Shown here piece by piece: positions 27,873 to 41,943 of a stretch of DNA of 64,000 bases. The first letter of the stretch is position 1, and every line of letters begins with the position of its first letter. The stretch covers positions 606-64,605 of the forward strand of contig JBAUBR010000097.1 of NCBI GenBank assembly GCA_049676965.1. The letters run 5' to 3'. The stretch comes from Terracidiphilus sp. GTDB lineage: Bacteria; Acidobacteriota; Terriglobia; Terriglobales; Acidobacteriaceae. Made by a program: the position numbers and the translations under genes. Below the pieces are notes generated by a model. The model was not told the origin of the DNA, ran no database searches, and saw nothing but the letters and a program-made list of their open reading frames with translations.

Positions 27873-30395
27873 TCATCGAAGGGACGACGATCCCATCGTG
27901 ATTGCCGTGAGCTTCACACTCCCGGTCCCCGAGGCCTTCACTGCGAGCCTGGTTTCTCCCTCGACGAGCACTGGCGATCGATCGGCGGACACGGTACGCA
28001 GCAAAAAGCCATTCCGATCGAAGACACGGATCGGTCCGTCTCCCCAAAACTCGGCATAATCTCCCGTCTTCATTTCACCGGGAATGGAGAGGCTGGCCTG
28101 CCCCGCGGATATCTCTAAGTCCTTCAAGCCGCTATTACGCTCCGCAAGTGCCTCGACTGAATCGACCCGGCATCGAACTCCGCTGCCCATCGGGTAACGC
28201 ATCCAGCGCAGGTTGAGAGCCACTATGTTCGCGTAATTGAACCTATACATCGCCGCCTTGAATCGATAATTCGAGTAGGCGGGCCTGAACTCGGCTAGCA
28301 TTCTGTCCGTCCCAGGCTCAGGGACGAGCACGGTCTTGCTTCCCCTGAAGTTCAAATCGATATAGTAGTCGCGATAAGTCTTCCCGCCTGCTTCCAGTTG
28401 AAAATTCAAGACTGGACTTTCGGCTGCATTCTGCTCCGGACCCTCGACTGTCAGCCGCACAGCCAGAGCGCGATGAGCTGTCAGGTCGAACCCCTGGGTG
28501 AGCGCGTGGCCGGTCGGTCCCACAAACCACACGCTTTCTTGATCCTGCTTGAACCTGTTCAATTCGATGCGCCCCACCAGCGCACCAGGCATCGCATCTT
28601 TCTCCCCAGGCGGTTCGACTTCCAGCGGTTCTTTGGTCCGCAGCAGCGGGATATTCGCAGAATTGCTTGTTGAAGCCAGCGCGGGCATCACTTGCAGCCG
28701 AAACTTCAATGGCTGCTCCTGGAATGTGTTCCTGACAATGACTTCTCCCGGCGCAGTGAGCAGTTGCGGGTCGTACCGGATAGGGTGAAATTCTCCGGGC
28801 GTTGTCATGTGCCATTCGCCTTGCACCAGGCGTTTCCGTACCGCCGCGGGCACAGCGCCGCTTTGCTTCAGTTGTTCATAGGCATTCAGCAGATTGAGCA
28901 TCTCTTGCGTACGTCCATTTGCCTTCAGAGCGCTCAAGGTAGTTTCAAAAGAAATAGCCGAATCCAGTGCGAGCATGCGCACAGCGTAGTATTCCACTTC
29001 GTCAGGAGTGGTAGCAGGATGATCCGGTGAATCTTGAAGCAATCCGACCCACCCGAGGTCGGAAGGCATAAAGGCGTTGTGATTTGGCCTCCAATAATCA
29101 GGTATCTTATGATAGTCGAGGTACTGCTTGACGGCAACGGCGGCGAAGTCGTCGCATACACCGCGCGTAAAGATATGCCACGTCCAGTCCGTGATGCCCG
29201 AACCCTGCACCAGCAGGTTGCCCCTGGTTCGCTTCCATATCTGCGACTGCTGAATACCTCCCCAATACCACGTGGGGTTCTGTGTGTTAAATCCGGCATC
29301 AAAATAGATCATGTCAAACCCGACCTGGTTGATTACATTGGCGATCCGATTAGTGATCGCGTCCGCTAGAGGCAAACGCAGATCCGCCACATAACTGCCA
29401 TCTATTAGCACTGGTGCTCCATCGACATCCTTGAGCAACCCAATGTCAGGTTCTGCCAGAGCAAGCGGATCGTCTTTCTCGATAAAGCTGGTCATCATGT
29501 GCATGCCAACCTTGAGCCCTGCGGCGTGGCACTTGTCGATCACGAACTTAAGACCGGCTTCTCTGTGGGGAAAGTTCACGGTATTGATCCGGTACGATCC
29601 AAACGACGTGGACCAAGTTCGCGCGTAGATAAGGATGTATCGGAATCCGCCTAGCTTCGCATAACGTATCGTGTCGTCCACGTTGGCTTCGGTCAGGTCG
29701 GTCAAGAGATAGTTTGAGCTTGCGTCGGGCGAAAGCTTGGCCCACACGCCGTCAATCGTCGGAGCGGGAGAGAACAGCCGGAAATCGCTCTCCACATTCT
29801 GTATGACACTTAGAAACTGCTGCGTGGGTTCGGCGATAATCGCTACCCGCCGGCCCTGCATGCCAAACTCGGGATAAACGGACGCCGAAATCATCGAGCC
29901 CGAAATCGCGGTATTCACTTCCTGATCCAGGCCCATCAGACAGATGGCGAATTTATCGTCCCAGCGCACGCCGAGAAGCGTGCCGCCTGAATTTGCCAAG
30001 CCGGTGCTGACTTGCATCAATTCCAGCTTCTCAATGCCTTCTCCTTGAACCGCCGCCAGTTCCACTACGATATATTCCGCGGAAGCAGTGATGCGATAAT
30101 CCGCGGAGATGCCCGAGCTCCCAAAAGTGACATGAAAGAGGGCGCCGTGCCGCTCAAATCTCGTTGCAGGGAATTGTTTGCCGTGCTGCGTGACCACCGC
30201 AAAAGGCAGCCCCGCCGGATGCAGCTCCTCCATTCCATCGTGCCTATCGGTCAGACTGCTCGCCACCGCGTTCGGCTGGATTACCAGTTGAGCGGCGTGT
30301 GTCGCGAACGCGAAATTTTGGGCGTATGCGGCATTCGTAACCGCAAAGGTCAAAGCGAAAGCCAGCGTCAGTCTTGCTATGTTCGCCTTCCGCAT
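27873..30395 (-). CDS. large secreted protein, possible TIM-barrel polysaccharide hydrolase
   Basis: 840 aa with a signal peptide (LAFALTFAVTNAAYAQ). The central region (GGFRYILIYA...HAAGLKVGMHMM...FDMIYFDAG) looks like a glycoside-hydrolase barrel. The family is not recognised. Confidence 0.65.
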   Translation of the reverse strand: MRKANIARLTLAFALTFAVTNAAYAQNFAFATHAAQLVIQPNAVASSLTDRHDGMEELHPAGLPFAVVTQHGKQFPATRFERHGALFHVTFGSSGISADYRITASAEYIVVELAAVQGEGIEKLELMQVSTGLANSGGTLLGVRWDDKFAICLMGLDQEVNTAISGSMISASVYPEFGMQGRRVAIIAEPTQQFLSVIQNVESDFRLFSPAPTIDGVWAKLSPDASSNYLLTDLTEANVDDTIRYAKLGGFRYILIYARTWSTSFGSYRINTVNFPHREAGLKFVIDKCHAAGLKVGMHMMTSFIEKDDPLALAEPDIGLLKDVDGAPVLIDGSYVADLRLPLADAITNRIANVINQVGFDMIYFDAGFNTQNPTWYWGGIQQSQIWKRTRGNLLVQGSGITDWTWHIFTRGVCDDFAAVAVKQYLDYHKIPDYWRPNHNAFMPSDLGWVGLLQDSPDHPATTPDEVEYYAVRMLALDSAISFETTLSALKANGRTQEMLNLLNAYEQLKQSGAVPAAVRKRLVQGEWHMTTPGEFHPIRYDPQLLTAPGEVIVRNTFQEQPLKFRLQVMPALASTSNSANIPLLRTKEPLEVEPPGEKDAMPGALVGRIELNRFKQDQESVWFVGPTGHALTQGFDLTAHRALAVRLTVEGPEQNAAESPVLNFQLEAGGKTYRDYYIDLNFRGSKTVLVPEPGTDRMLAEFRPAYSNYRFKAAMYRFNYANIVALNLRWMRYPMGSGVRCRVDSVEALAERNSGLKDLEISAGQASLSIPGEMKTGDYAEFWGDGPIRVFDRNGFLLRTVSADRSPVLVEGETRLAVKASGTGSVKLTAITMGSSSLR

Positions 30396-30463
30396 AGGAA
30401 CATCCTCGCAACTCGATGGGACGATGATGACTCACGGCTCGCAGGCAGAAATTTCGCCAACAC

Positions 30464-31705
30464 TCAAGGCCTGCAGCGCCCTCCGGACCGCATGGCAAGC
30501 GCGGCTTCAAACATAGCCAAGTGCTGACTAACCGCCTCCTCCACTCCAAAACGGCGACTGTATTCCTGGGCGCCGTTGAGAGATGCGGTGTAAGTCTGTT
30601 GGTCCATATCGACGCAATTCTGGATCGCGGCCACCCATCCTCCGGGATCATTCAATGGAATGTCGAACCCGGCGTATGCCTCCCTCAGGCCGGTCCATGG
30701 AGTTCTGTCGCTGAGAATGACGGGCGTGCCGTTGATGAATGATTCCACCGCGGCGTGGCAGTAGTTCTCGCCCCTGGTAGGAAGGACAAAGAAGTGATGA
30801 TCGCGAAGAGTCTCCGGTACGGCGGAGTGATCGAGCGGACCACGATATTCGACTTCGATGTTATCTGGAAGTTTTGTGAGCAGCGCTTTGCATTTGTCCC
30901 AATACGCCACATCGTTTTCGGCCACGGGGCCAAAGATGTTGAATCGTAACTTCCCATGGATATTACTCAGCAGCTCAAGGATGAAGTGTAGATTCTTCTT
31001 CTCGCTGATCCGGGAAATGAAAACAAGCTTGACCGCTCCAGCCTGCTTAAGCGGGTGGGGAGCGTTCGACCCAGGTCCCTCAGTGATGTTGTGGGCGACA
31101 AAGATCGCGTCCGGATCGAGTTGGCGCGCGGGCGCGGCCCGCAATATCTCCAGTTTTTCGAGGTGAGCTGTAGCCTGCCAGAGCAGATCTTCGTGAAAGC
31201 CGAGCATTTTGGAGGCCTGACGGTAGAGTCGCTTCTTGATCGGCTTGATTTCCATTGCGCCGGGAGAAAGCTCGCCTCGCGGGGCCAGCACGACCGGAGT
31301 ATTCCCAAGTACGCCGACGCGGCGGAGTAAAACGGTTACCAGCGTGAACGTGTCCTGAATCGAATTCAGAAGTATGATGTCCGGGCGCACCTCTCGAAAG
31401 ACTCTTCGCAAAACTCCAGCGCTCACCGAAGAACAATAGAGGACCCGGGCGCTGCCGACAAGATACCACTGTCCGGGAGTTATTCCGGAATAGGTCTGCG
31501 TCTCCGTCGCGTCTCGATTTCTGGTGATTACATAGAAATCGAAATATGGGCTCAGGTGAGAGACCATATTGACCACGGAACGAATCGGCCCGCCGGACTT
31601 GTATCCTGGCAAGTAATGCCCTGCGAAGACCAGCACGCGCTTACGCTCTGCGCCATCGCGCGCCGAATGCACGTCCTCCACTATCGCTTCGAACATCGCA
31701 TGCAT
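30464..31705 (-). CDS. glycosyltransferase (GT-B, GT4-like), paralogue 1
   Basis: HYLPGYKSGGPIRSVVNMVSHL...FFVLPTRGENYCHAAVESFINGTPVILSD. About two thirds identical by eye to 33925-35121. Confidence 0.8.
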   Translation of the reverse strand: MHAMFEAIVEDVHSARDGAERKRVLVFAGHYLPGYKSGGPIRSVVNMVSHLSPYFDFYVITRNRDATETQTYSGITPGQWYLVGSARVLYCSSVSAGVLRRVFREVRPDIILLNSIQDTFTLVTVLLRRVGVLGNTPVVLAPRGELSPGAMEIKPIKKRLYRQASKMLGFHEDLLWQATAHLEKLEILRAAPARQLDPDAIFVAHNITEGPGSNAPHPLKQAGAVKLVFISRISEKKNLHFILELLSNIHGKLRFNIFGPVAENDVAYWDKCKALLTKLPDNIEVEYRGPLDHSAVPETLRDHHFFVLPTRGENYCHAAVESFINGTPVILSDRTPWTGLREAYAGFDIPLNDPGGWVAAIQNCVDMDQQTYTASLNGAQEYSRRFGVEEAVSQHLAMFEAALAMRSGGRCRP

Positions 31706-31742
31706 AACGATGAATCACGCCTCCAGCAACAACTCGAATCCT

Positions 31743-33670
<1,928 letters not shown>

Positions 33671-33924
33671 CTCTTATCAACGACGCAGGACCCGGCCGAG
33701 TGGGTTCGCCTTGAGAATCTGTTAGTTTTGCCGACGTTGCTAAAGTAAAAAGCTTGCAGCAGATTCGTCGCTCCGTTCGTTCTTTTGGAATGAAGCTTCA
33801 AGATAGGCAGGGATTATGCGGCGCCGGCTGGAATGACGATGCTCAAACTCGTCTGATCGATCGCCCGCCTGGGTTCCGCGTTGTTCCACTGCGAAGGTCT
33901 GCGACAACCGAACTGCGAGACAGT

Positions 33925-35121
33925 TCAACGTTGGCGAAGCCTGTCCGGCCTCGCCGCAAATGCGGATTCGAACATCGCAAGATGTTGCCCGACCGCTTCT
34001 TCTATTGAGAAGCGGCTGCTGTATTCCTTCGCACCTTCGAGAAAGGAATTGTATATTGACTGGTCCATGTCGACGCATTGCTGCAGGACAGCGACCCATT
34101 CATCTGAATCATTCAAGGGAATATCGAATCCAGAGTATGTCTGTCTGAGCCCAGTCCATGGCGTTTCATCGCTGAGGATGACCGGCGTGCCGTTGAGGAA
34201 TGACTCAACGGCGGCGTGGCAGTAGTTCTCGCCTCTCGTCGGCAAAACAAAGAAGTGATGTTCGTGAAGTACCTGCAGCACGGCTGAAGGCTCGACCGAA
34301 CCATGGTATTGAACCTCGATGTTTTCTGGGAGATTGTTCAACAGCGCCCGGCATTTTTCCCAATACGCGGCATCCTTCTCGGTCACCGGGCCGTAGATGT
34401 TGAATTCGATCCGTCCCCGGATTTGGCGCAGCAGCTCCAGCACGTAATGCAGATTCTTCTTCTCGCTGACCCGGGAAATAAAAGCGAGCTTGACCGTTCC
34501 TGCCTGCTTGTCGAGATGAGAAGCGCTGAATACCGGCTGCTCAGTGATACTACGGGCGACAAAGATCGAATCCGGATCAAGCCGACGCGCCGGCGCGGCC
34601 TCAAGGATTTCTTGCTTCTCGCGGGGACCCATTGCCTGCCACAGCAACCCCTCATGCAAGCCGAGCATTTTGGCCGAGTAGCGGTAAATGCGTTTTTTCG
34701 TCCGCTTGATCGCCATGGCGCCGGCAGAAAACTCGCCGCGCGGCGCCAACACGACCGGTGTATCTCCAAACGCACCAATGCGCCGCAAAAGTACTGCAAA
34801 AATCGTAAACGTGTCCTGAAACGAACCCAAATGAATGAGATCTGGACGTACCTCTTGAAAGGCTTTGCGCAAGACGCCCGGGCTGACACGGGAACAATAA
34901 AGAACGCGCGCCTTGCCCACTTCGTGCCATTCTCCTGGCGTGATTCCTTCGTACGGCCTGTCGTCCCCCGCATCGCGGTCGCGAGTGATTACATAGAAGT
35001 CGAGGGACGATCCCAAGTGCGTGATCAAATTGACGACGGAGCGAATAGGCCCGCCCGACTTATAGCCGGGTAGATAGTTCGCAGCGCAAATGAGTATCCG
35101 CTTGCGCATTCTGTTCGTCAT
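33925..35121 (-). CDS. glycosyltransferase (GT-B, GT4-like), paralogue 2
   Basis: NYLPGYKSGGPIRSVVNLITHL...FFVLPTRGENYCHAAVESFLNGTPVILSD. I placed the start at MTNRMRKRILI. The ORF track extends to 35178. Confidence 0.8.
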   Translation of the reverse strand: MTNRMRKRILICAANYLPGYKSGGPIRSVVNLITHLGSSLDFYVITRDRDAGDDRPYEGITPGEWHEVGKARVLYCSRVSPGVLRKAFQEVRPDLIHLGSFQDTFTIFAVLLRRIGAFGDTPVVLAPRGEFSAGAMAIKRTKKRIYRYSAKMLGLHEGLLWQAMGPREKQEILEAAPARRLDPDSIFVARSITEQPVFSASHLDKQAGTVKLAFISRVSEKKNLHYVLELLRQIRGRIEFNIYGPVTEKDAAYWEKCRALLNNLPENIEVQYHGSVEPSAVLQVLHEHHFFVLPTRGENYCHAAVESFLNGTPVILSDETPWTGLRQTYSGFDIPLNDSDEWVAVLQQCVDMDQSIYNSFLEGAKEYSSRFSIEEAVGQHLAMFESAFAARPDRLRQR

Positions 35122-35380
35122 TCTTGGCGCCACATTCCACCGGTCGGTCCCATCTGCGTGCGTACAATAGCCACGCAACGGTTTTCAGGCAACTTCCAGC
35201 GGGAGCATCATTGAAGAGAACTCTGCCCGGAGCGCAGGGACAACAGGCGGACGAACACCCTATTTCAGTTTTGGAGTGCCCTCGCCACTGCATGAATTCG
35301 GCATGGACAATCGCCACCCGCGTCGGCACGCAGAATGATCTGCTCGGTCATTGACCAAGCCACCTTGGACTCGGCGAGGG

Positions 35381-36649
<1,269 letters not shown>

Positions 36650-37046
36650 CTATTGGTGTGTGAATTGCTGTTTTCTGTTACGCGTCGGCAAACCATCGTC
36701 TGACCCGATACGCAAGTCGCCCCAACCTCAAACCGAGACCGGGCCCCTGAACTTCGCTAGAACGTATTCAACGACAGCCGAGAGCACTCAATATTCCAGT
36801 TTCGGGGAAATCACAACCGGGATGAAAGCAGTCCGGGATGAACGGTCGTGCAGACTGGGATAGAACAGCTTGAATCGCGCACTCCACTTCCTTGACTGTG
36901 ACCGGGAGAATATACTCCCTTCCCAAGGCGACGCAAGTATTCTCTGTGTGGCATTGTGACGCTGGTCACGCGGCGCATCCGACCGAAATCCGAATCCGGA
37001 AACGTCACGCCCGCCGAGTCCGCGCGGGTCAGGCTTCCGGCATGGT

Positions 37047-37850
37047 TCAGATTTGGGCCGGCCCGCGAAATGCGCGCACTTCAGAGCGCGGGCTGGCGTA
37101 GTGATCGATCTCGGCCCCGACCTCGGAGAATCCCTGCGACTGGAGCCTCGCGACGAGCGCCGGAGTGCGGGGCAAGTCATGAAACTCGATCAGCAGATTC
37201 CTGATCTTTGCAAGCACACGATCCGGGCATGCTTCCAGGGCTTCGTACTCCGCACTTTCGATGTCCATCTTGCATAGATCGATAAGCTCGCCCGCGAAGT
37301 ATTGGTCGTAAAGCATCTGCACACTCGCAGTCCGCACGGAAAGCCGACGCTGTTCCGAGTCGGGCTGATGGTCATACATGCTTTCCCCGACGTCCCCGCG
37401 GCTCGGCGCCAGCCGAATCTCGGAATCCTTCGCCCCGCAAACCGCGGCATTCAATGCGACCGCATCCGGGCCCAGGTTCGTCATCAGGTTGATCGCCAGC
37501 CTCTGGTAGACAATCGGATTCATCTCGACGCAGACCACTCGCCCCAGCTCGATCCCCATGATTCGCAGCAGCAGAGGAAAGCCGCCGCCGTTTGCGCCCA
37601 GATCGAGCACATTGTTCGGTCCGGACAACGAGAGCCGAGTCAGGTATTTGGGGTACATGTCGGTGACAATGCACGCGCGCGTACCGTTACAGTCCCCGCC
37701 GCGGTGATCGACCAGGATCTCAAGCCCGTTCTTTCGATAAACCACAAATCCCGCGCGGCGGTCGAACAAGCGCTCCAGCAGGAGCATCGGCCAGTTATCG
37801 AAGGAGAGAATCGCACGCAAGCCGTCAAGGCTGCTCTTGGGTTTCCACAT
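37047..37850 (-). CDS. FkbM-family SAM-dependent methyltransferase
   Basis: VLDLGANGGGFPLLL...VCVEMNPIVYQRL...LCKMDIESAEYEAL. Confidence 0.8.
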   Translation of the reverse strand: MWKPKSSLDGLRAILSFDNWPMLLLERLFDRRAGFVVYRKNGLEILVDHRGGDCNGTRACIVTDMYPKYLTRLSLSGPNNVLDLGANGGGFPLLLRIMGIELGRVVCVEMNPIVYQRLAINLMTNLGPDAVALNAAVCGAKDSEIRLAPSRGDVGESMYDHQPDSEQRRLSVRTASVQMLYDQYFAGELIDLCKMDIESAEYEALEACPDRVLAKIRNLLIEFHDLPRTPALVARLQSQGFSEVGAEIDHYASPRSEVRAFRGPAQI

Positions 37851-37888
37851 CTCGCCCTCTTGGTCGAACTCGGATCCGTATGTTGAAT

Positions 37889-38974
37889 TCAGAGCGCGAC
37901 AGTGGCCGGGCTTGCAATCGGCCTCAATACTGCGTCAACGGCGCGCTCCATTTCACCCACGGTCACGGACAATATGCACTTCTTTCCCATTTCCACGCAG
38001 GTCTCGAGTCCACACGTCATGCAATCCGTGCGATGGTAGATGACTTGATTCTTTCTTCCGAACGGAAACCACACGCCCGGCTTGTTCCGCGCGGAGAAGA
38101 CGACCACCGAAGGCACTCCGACGCTGGCCGCCAGGTGCATCGGGCCGGAGTCGTGACCCAGAAACGCCACGGCATGTCCGATCACAGCCGCCGACTCGCG
38201 CGGATTCAGCCTCCCTGCAAGATTCAGCTTCGGGCCGGCCCACTCCTGCGCCGCGTACTCGCAATACTCCGTCTCTTCCTTTGCGCCGAGAGTGGCCAGC
38301 GCGTAGCTGGGATACCGCTCGGACAGGCGCCCCAGCAGGGCGCGCCAGTTCTCCTGTCCCCAATCGTTGGCCTGCCTCTTGGTGCCCGGCCCGCAAACCA
38401 TCAACGGCCGCCCTGCCAGTGGCGCGAGAGCCCTGCGAGCCTTCTCCTGTTCGTCGGGGCTCAGGTGCAGGCTCCAGTTCTCCGGGTTCTCCACGTCCGC
38501 ATCGCCCAGCTCGGCGATCGAGCGCGCCAGCAGCGAGGCCTGCGCTTCGTACATTCCGGTGGCGGGATCGCAGCGGTGCACCGGCACTTCCGTGCCCAGT
38601 CCCACGATGCGCCGCACGCCTGCCAGCCGGAAAAAAATCTGGTCGCGGCGCATCTCTTTAAGCGAGCCGCGCGGCATCAGGTGGACGAGCACATTGGGAC
38701 GATAGCGGCGAATCTCGCGCAGTGTGCTTAGGATCTCGCCCACTTTGCGCGTTGCCCCCGGGTAGCGCATGTCGCGATGCACCAAGCCTGTTCCGCTGAG
38801 CACCGCCATTGCCGTGGGAGCCTTCTGGCGGACGGGAATATCGGTCAGAAGCACCCGCTCCGCCGAGGGAAACGCACGCGCAATCTGGTGAAAGCAGGGC
38901 AGCGCGACCACTGTGTCGCCCAGGCTGCCGGTGCGATAGATCAGAACTTTTCGAACCGCTTGGTCGGGGTACAA
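37889..38974 (-). CDS. glycosyltransferase family 9 (heptosyltransferase-like)
   Basis: VLIYRTGSLGDTVVALPCF...GHDSGPMHLAASVGVP. Confidence 0.85.
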   Translation of the reverse strand: MYPDQAVRKVLIYRTGSLGDTVVALPCFHQIARAFPSAERVLLTDIPVRQKAPTAMAVLSGTGLVHRDMRYPGATRKVGEILSTLREIRRYRPNVLVHLMPRGSLKEMRRDQIFFRLAGVRRIVGLGTEVPVHRCDPATGMYEAQASLLARSIAELGDADVENPENWSLHLSPDEQEKARRALAPLAGRPLMVCGPGTKRQANDWGQENWRALLGRLSERYPSYALATLGAKEETEYCEYAAQEWAGPKLNLAGRLNPRESAAVIGHAVAFLGHDSGPMHLAASVGVPSVVVFSARNKPGVWFPFGRKNQVIYHRTDCMTCGLETCVEMGKKCILSVTVGEMERAVDAVLRPIASPATVAL

Positions 38975-40476
38975 GAAGCTCCTCTCTGACCGGATATTTC
39001 TCTAGACCCGCGGCTCAACGAGAAAAGGGGCCCGCCGTACACGAGCCATGAGAGGAATAGCACGATACAACCGGTCTCGACAGCCGAACCGATCAAGGCC
39101 ACGACATCGCGCTCGGAAACTGTCGTAATCGGAATTAGCGTAGTCAGATAAAAGAAAAGTCCTCTTTCAGAGAGACCACCTTTGATCCGGTTCATGTATG
39201 TTTGTAAAATTGCTCCCCAAAGGAACATGCCCGCGGGAATCGCCCAAACTCCGCCTAGGGCATACATGTCAGCGATCGCCGGTATATTCTCGGAATTAGC
39301 GGTGCCGATGCCGAGGGCCTCGCTCATGCGATGCCCCTTGTCGAACACCGGCTTCCCCTTCCAGAGCGGGCGAGGAATGAAAGGGTAAAAGGGCGCCATC
39401 CATACCTTTTCTTCGCCATTCAGCAAGTCGGGACTAGGCAACTCGATTACATTGTGGAAAAGGGCAAGGGCCGAAAGACGCTCGCTTGCCGTCTGGAAAG
39501 CCGAAGCATTGTGTGAGCCCCGCGAGTTCCGGCTGCCCGAGATGGCATCTTCGAACGATTTGCCGAGCACGCTGATAAGACCGTCAGCCGTACCGATCTG
39601 CGTGGCATACCCGGAGTTGAGGTTGGATCGGTAAGCATTCATGAAAGGCTGCATTATCAAATAGAAAGCTGGCAGCGCCCAGGCAAGTCGTGGGAGTCGG
39701 CCGCGCACGATACCCAAAAGCGCGACTAGCGAGAAGATGGGCATGAGGAGGTCTACTTTAAGTCCCCAGACCAGCCCAAACCCGAGACAAAGCACAAGCG
39801 AAACCACGAAGAGCAGGCGCGTGGCATAAGAGGGCGCGCGCTTACCCAGGATCTCGATGGCCAATATGACCATGGCCATCTGCAGCGCCTGGCTTGCGGC
39901 ACTGAAGGCCCCGACCAGCGAAACGTCGGCGGAATACTGCATGGTCGCCAGTTCGTAGCCAATGAGTCCCAACCTCCAGAGAATGGTCTTAGCGGCTCCG
40001 CCAATAAGGAGAAGGAGCGCTGCTGCGCCTAGAACTCTCGGATGGGTTAAATGGCTTTGTGGCGAGAAGATGAAAAGGTGTGGCTTGCGCAGGAACCAGC
40101 AGGCAAGCCAGAAGGCGGAGAAGCCCACCAGCAAGTAGACCATTGTCCGCAGGTAGCCGGCATCAATCTGGTCCTGGTTGGTTGCGAAAAGATAAAAGGG
40201 CACAATCGCAAACTCTACGCTTGCCAGGAGAGTCATGAAACCGGGCGCAGCGAACCACTGCGAGCGGAGCGGGCCTGAGGCAACCAGGAAAATACCAGCG
40301 AGGGCAAGAAAGAGGATCGCCATCGACCCGAACGCCAGGAAATCGACGCCTCGTTCCCAAGCCAACAAAGCAAAGGTCGCGAGCGCGAGCGGCAGCGCAA
40401 GCGTGGGGATCAACAGCGCCACGCCCCGATTCGATTGCACTCTCGCTGGATTTGCTACGATTGTCGCCATCCTCAT
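38941..40476 (-). CDS. polytopic membrane protein, candidate Wzy-type polymerase
   Basis: 511 aa, more than 10 TM helices, located between the flippase and a GT gene. The call rests on context only. Confidence 0.5.
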   Translation of the reverse strand: MRMATIVANPARVQSNRGVALLIPTLALPLALATFALLAWERGVDFLAFGSMAILFLALAGIFLVASGPLRSQWFAAPGFMTLLASVEFAIVPFYLFATNQDQIDAGYLRTMVYLLVGFSAFWLACWFLRKPHLFIFSPQSHLTHPRVLGAAALLLLIGGAAKTILWRLGLIGYELATMQYSADVSLVGAFSAASQALQMAMVILAIEILGKRAPSYATRLLFVVSLVLCLGFGLVWGLKVDLLMPIFSLVALLGIVRGRLPRLAWALPAFYLIMQPFMNAYRSNLNSGYATQIGTADGLISVLGKSFEDAISGSRNSRGSHNASAFQTASERLSALALFHNVIELPSPDLLNGEEKVWMAPFYPFIPRPLWKGKPVFDKGHRMSEALGIGTANSENIPAIADMYALGGVWAIPAGMFLWGAILQTYMNRIKGGLSERGLFFYLTTLIPITTVSERDVVALIGSAVETGCIVLFLSWLVYGGPLFSLSRGSREISGQRGASCTPTKRFEKF

Positions 40477-41804
40477 TCGCCCGCAATCGGAGATTCTCGT
40501 TGAATTCGCGGTGTGCTGCCTAGAAGAAGTATGCGAAGCGGCAATTCCAGCAGCCTGTGTGCGAGGACAACCATAACCAGGAAGCTGACAGTGTATGCAA
40601 CCGACGAGACGATCGCCGCTCCAATATAGCTATAGTGCGGAACGAGAAGATAAAGCCCGATAGCCGTGACCGCCACACTCACGCCTTCAGCAAAGGAGGG
40701 AAGTCCGGGCCTGCCCAGCGCGCTCGATCCGTTGTAAAGTACTTGATTCATCCCGATCATCACAGCCCCCGGCAATAAAATCCGGCATGCAATAATTGAG
40801 CCCTCGAATGCCGGGCCGAGTAAAAGGCGGATTAGAAACGGCGCGAATATGTAGAGCGCGGAGCAGGCGAGCAACAACCAGATCAGCGAAGCCCGGAAGG
40901 AACGCCCGATCGTCGCCTTGGCGTCTTCGCTTTGCTGGCTCGATCCATGGGAGAAGGTTACAACTCCTGCCGCAACGGAAAACACCGTCACTGCTGTGGA
41001 GAGAGTTACGGCGACGGCATAGAATCCTAATTGCCGGGGCGGAATAATGAGCGACAGGATCAACTGATCGATGCGTTGGTTGAAAAGGCTGGCCAGGTTC
41101 GTGGCCTGTATCCGGTATCCATAGTTGACGAGCCGCGGAATTGCCAGCCGGTTCCACTGCCAGTGAGGCTTGAGAAGGCTCCATACCAGTACCGAACCGA
41201 GCGCCAATGCCAGTGCATAGCCTGCTAACTGGGAGTAAATCACGCCGCTCAGGCTGGAACGATGGGAAAAATACAACCCGGCCAATCCCAGGAAATAAGT
41301 GAATGGAGCTACTACCCTGATGATGTTGAAGCGAAGTAGATCCTGCGTGCCCTGAAAGAAGTTGCTTGTATATGCACTTAGAATCAGGGCCGGCGTGAGA
41401 AAAACGAATACCATGCCCAGGTGTTTGGCCTCCACGGAATACTTGGCCAGGGTGTATCGCACCAGAAGGAGGCCGATAAGGATAGAAAGTGCGCTCTGGA
41501 CCAGGCCAATTGCCGTTGCCGCTGTGGCCATCTCTGAGATTGTGAACGCCCGCCGCCCGATACTGAACACAACGGCCTGATTGATCCCAAAGTAAAGCAC
41601 CGTGGCGATCCAGGTAGGCCAAATGCACACCGCAACGTATTCGCCTCGTTCCGCAGGTCCCAACATTCTTGCCGATAGAATGCCCGTCAGTATCCCCAAC
41701 CCCAGAACAGCTCCCTGTCCCAGGACCGTCGAGCCGTAGTGTTCCATAAATCCGGGCTTTCCTTTGGTCGGGAAAACTATAGCTGCTCCTTCGGATGTAT
41801 TCAT
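40473..41804 (-). CDS. wzx: Wzx-type oligosaccharide flippase (MOP superfamily)
   Basis: About 12 TM helices with a polysaccharide-biosynthesis-protein pattern. I took the start at MNTSEG. The ORF track extends to 41891. Confidence 0.75.
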   Translation of the reverse strand: MNTSEGAAIVFPTKGKPGFMEHYGSTVLGQGAVLGLGILTGILSARMLGPAERGEYVAVCIWPTWIATVLYFGINQAVVFSIGRRAFTISEMATAATAIGLVQSALSILIGLLLVRYTLAKYSVEAKHLGMVFVFLTPALILSAYTSNFFQGTQDLLRFNIIRVVAPFTYFLGLAGLYFSHRSSLSGVIYSQLAGYALALALGSVLVWSLLKPHWQWNRLAIPRLVNYGYRIQATNLASLFNQRIDQLILSLIIPPRQLGFYAVAVTLSTAVTVFSVAAGVVTFSHGSSQQSEDAKATIGRSFRASLIWLLLACSALYIFAPFLIRLLLGPAFEGSIIACRILLPGAVMIGMNQVLYNGSSALGRPGLPSFAEGVSVAVTAIGLYLLVPHYSYIGAAIVSSVAYTVSFLVMVVLAHRLLELPLRILLLGSTPRIQRESPIAGE

Positions 41805-41943
41805 CGTTCGATCGGGCGATTCGCCGGAAGGCTGCTCCGCTGCAGGTACCGCCCCTGAAGGCTCCGGACCCTGGAAATCTACTAGCCTCATGAATCATAC
41901 CGTTCCGTCCGAGTCATATCTTTTAGCCTCAACGGCAACCAAC

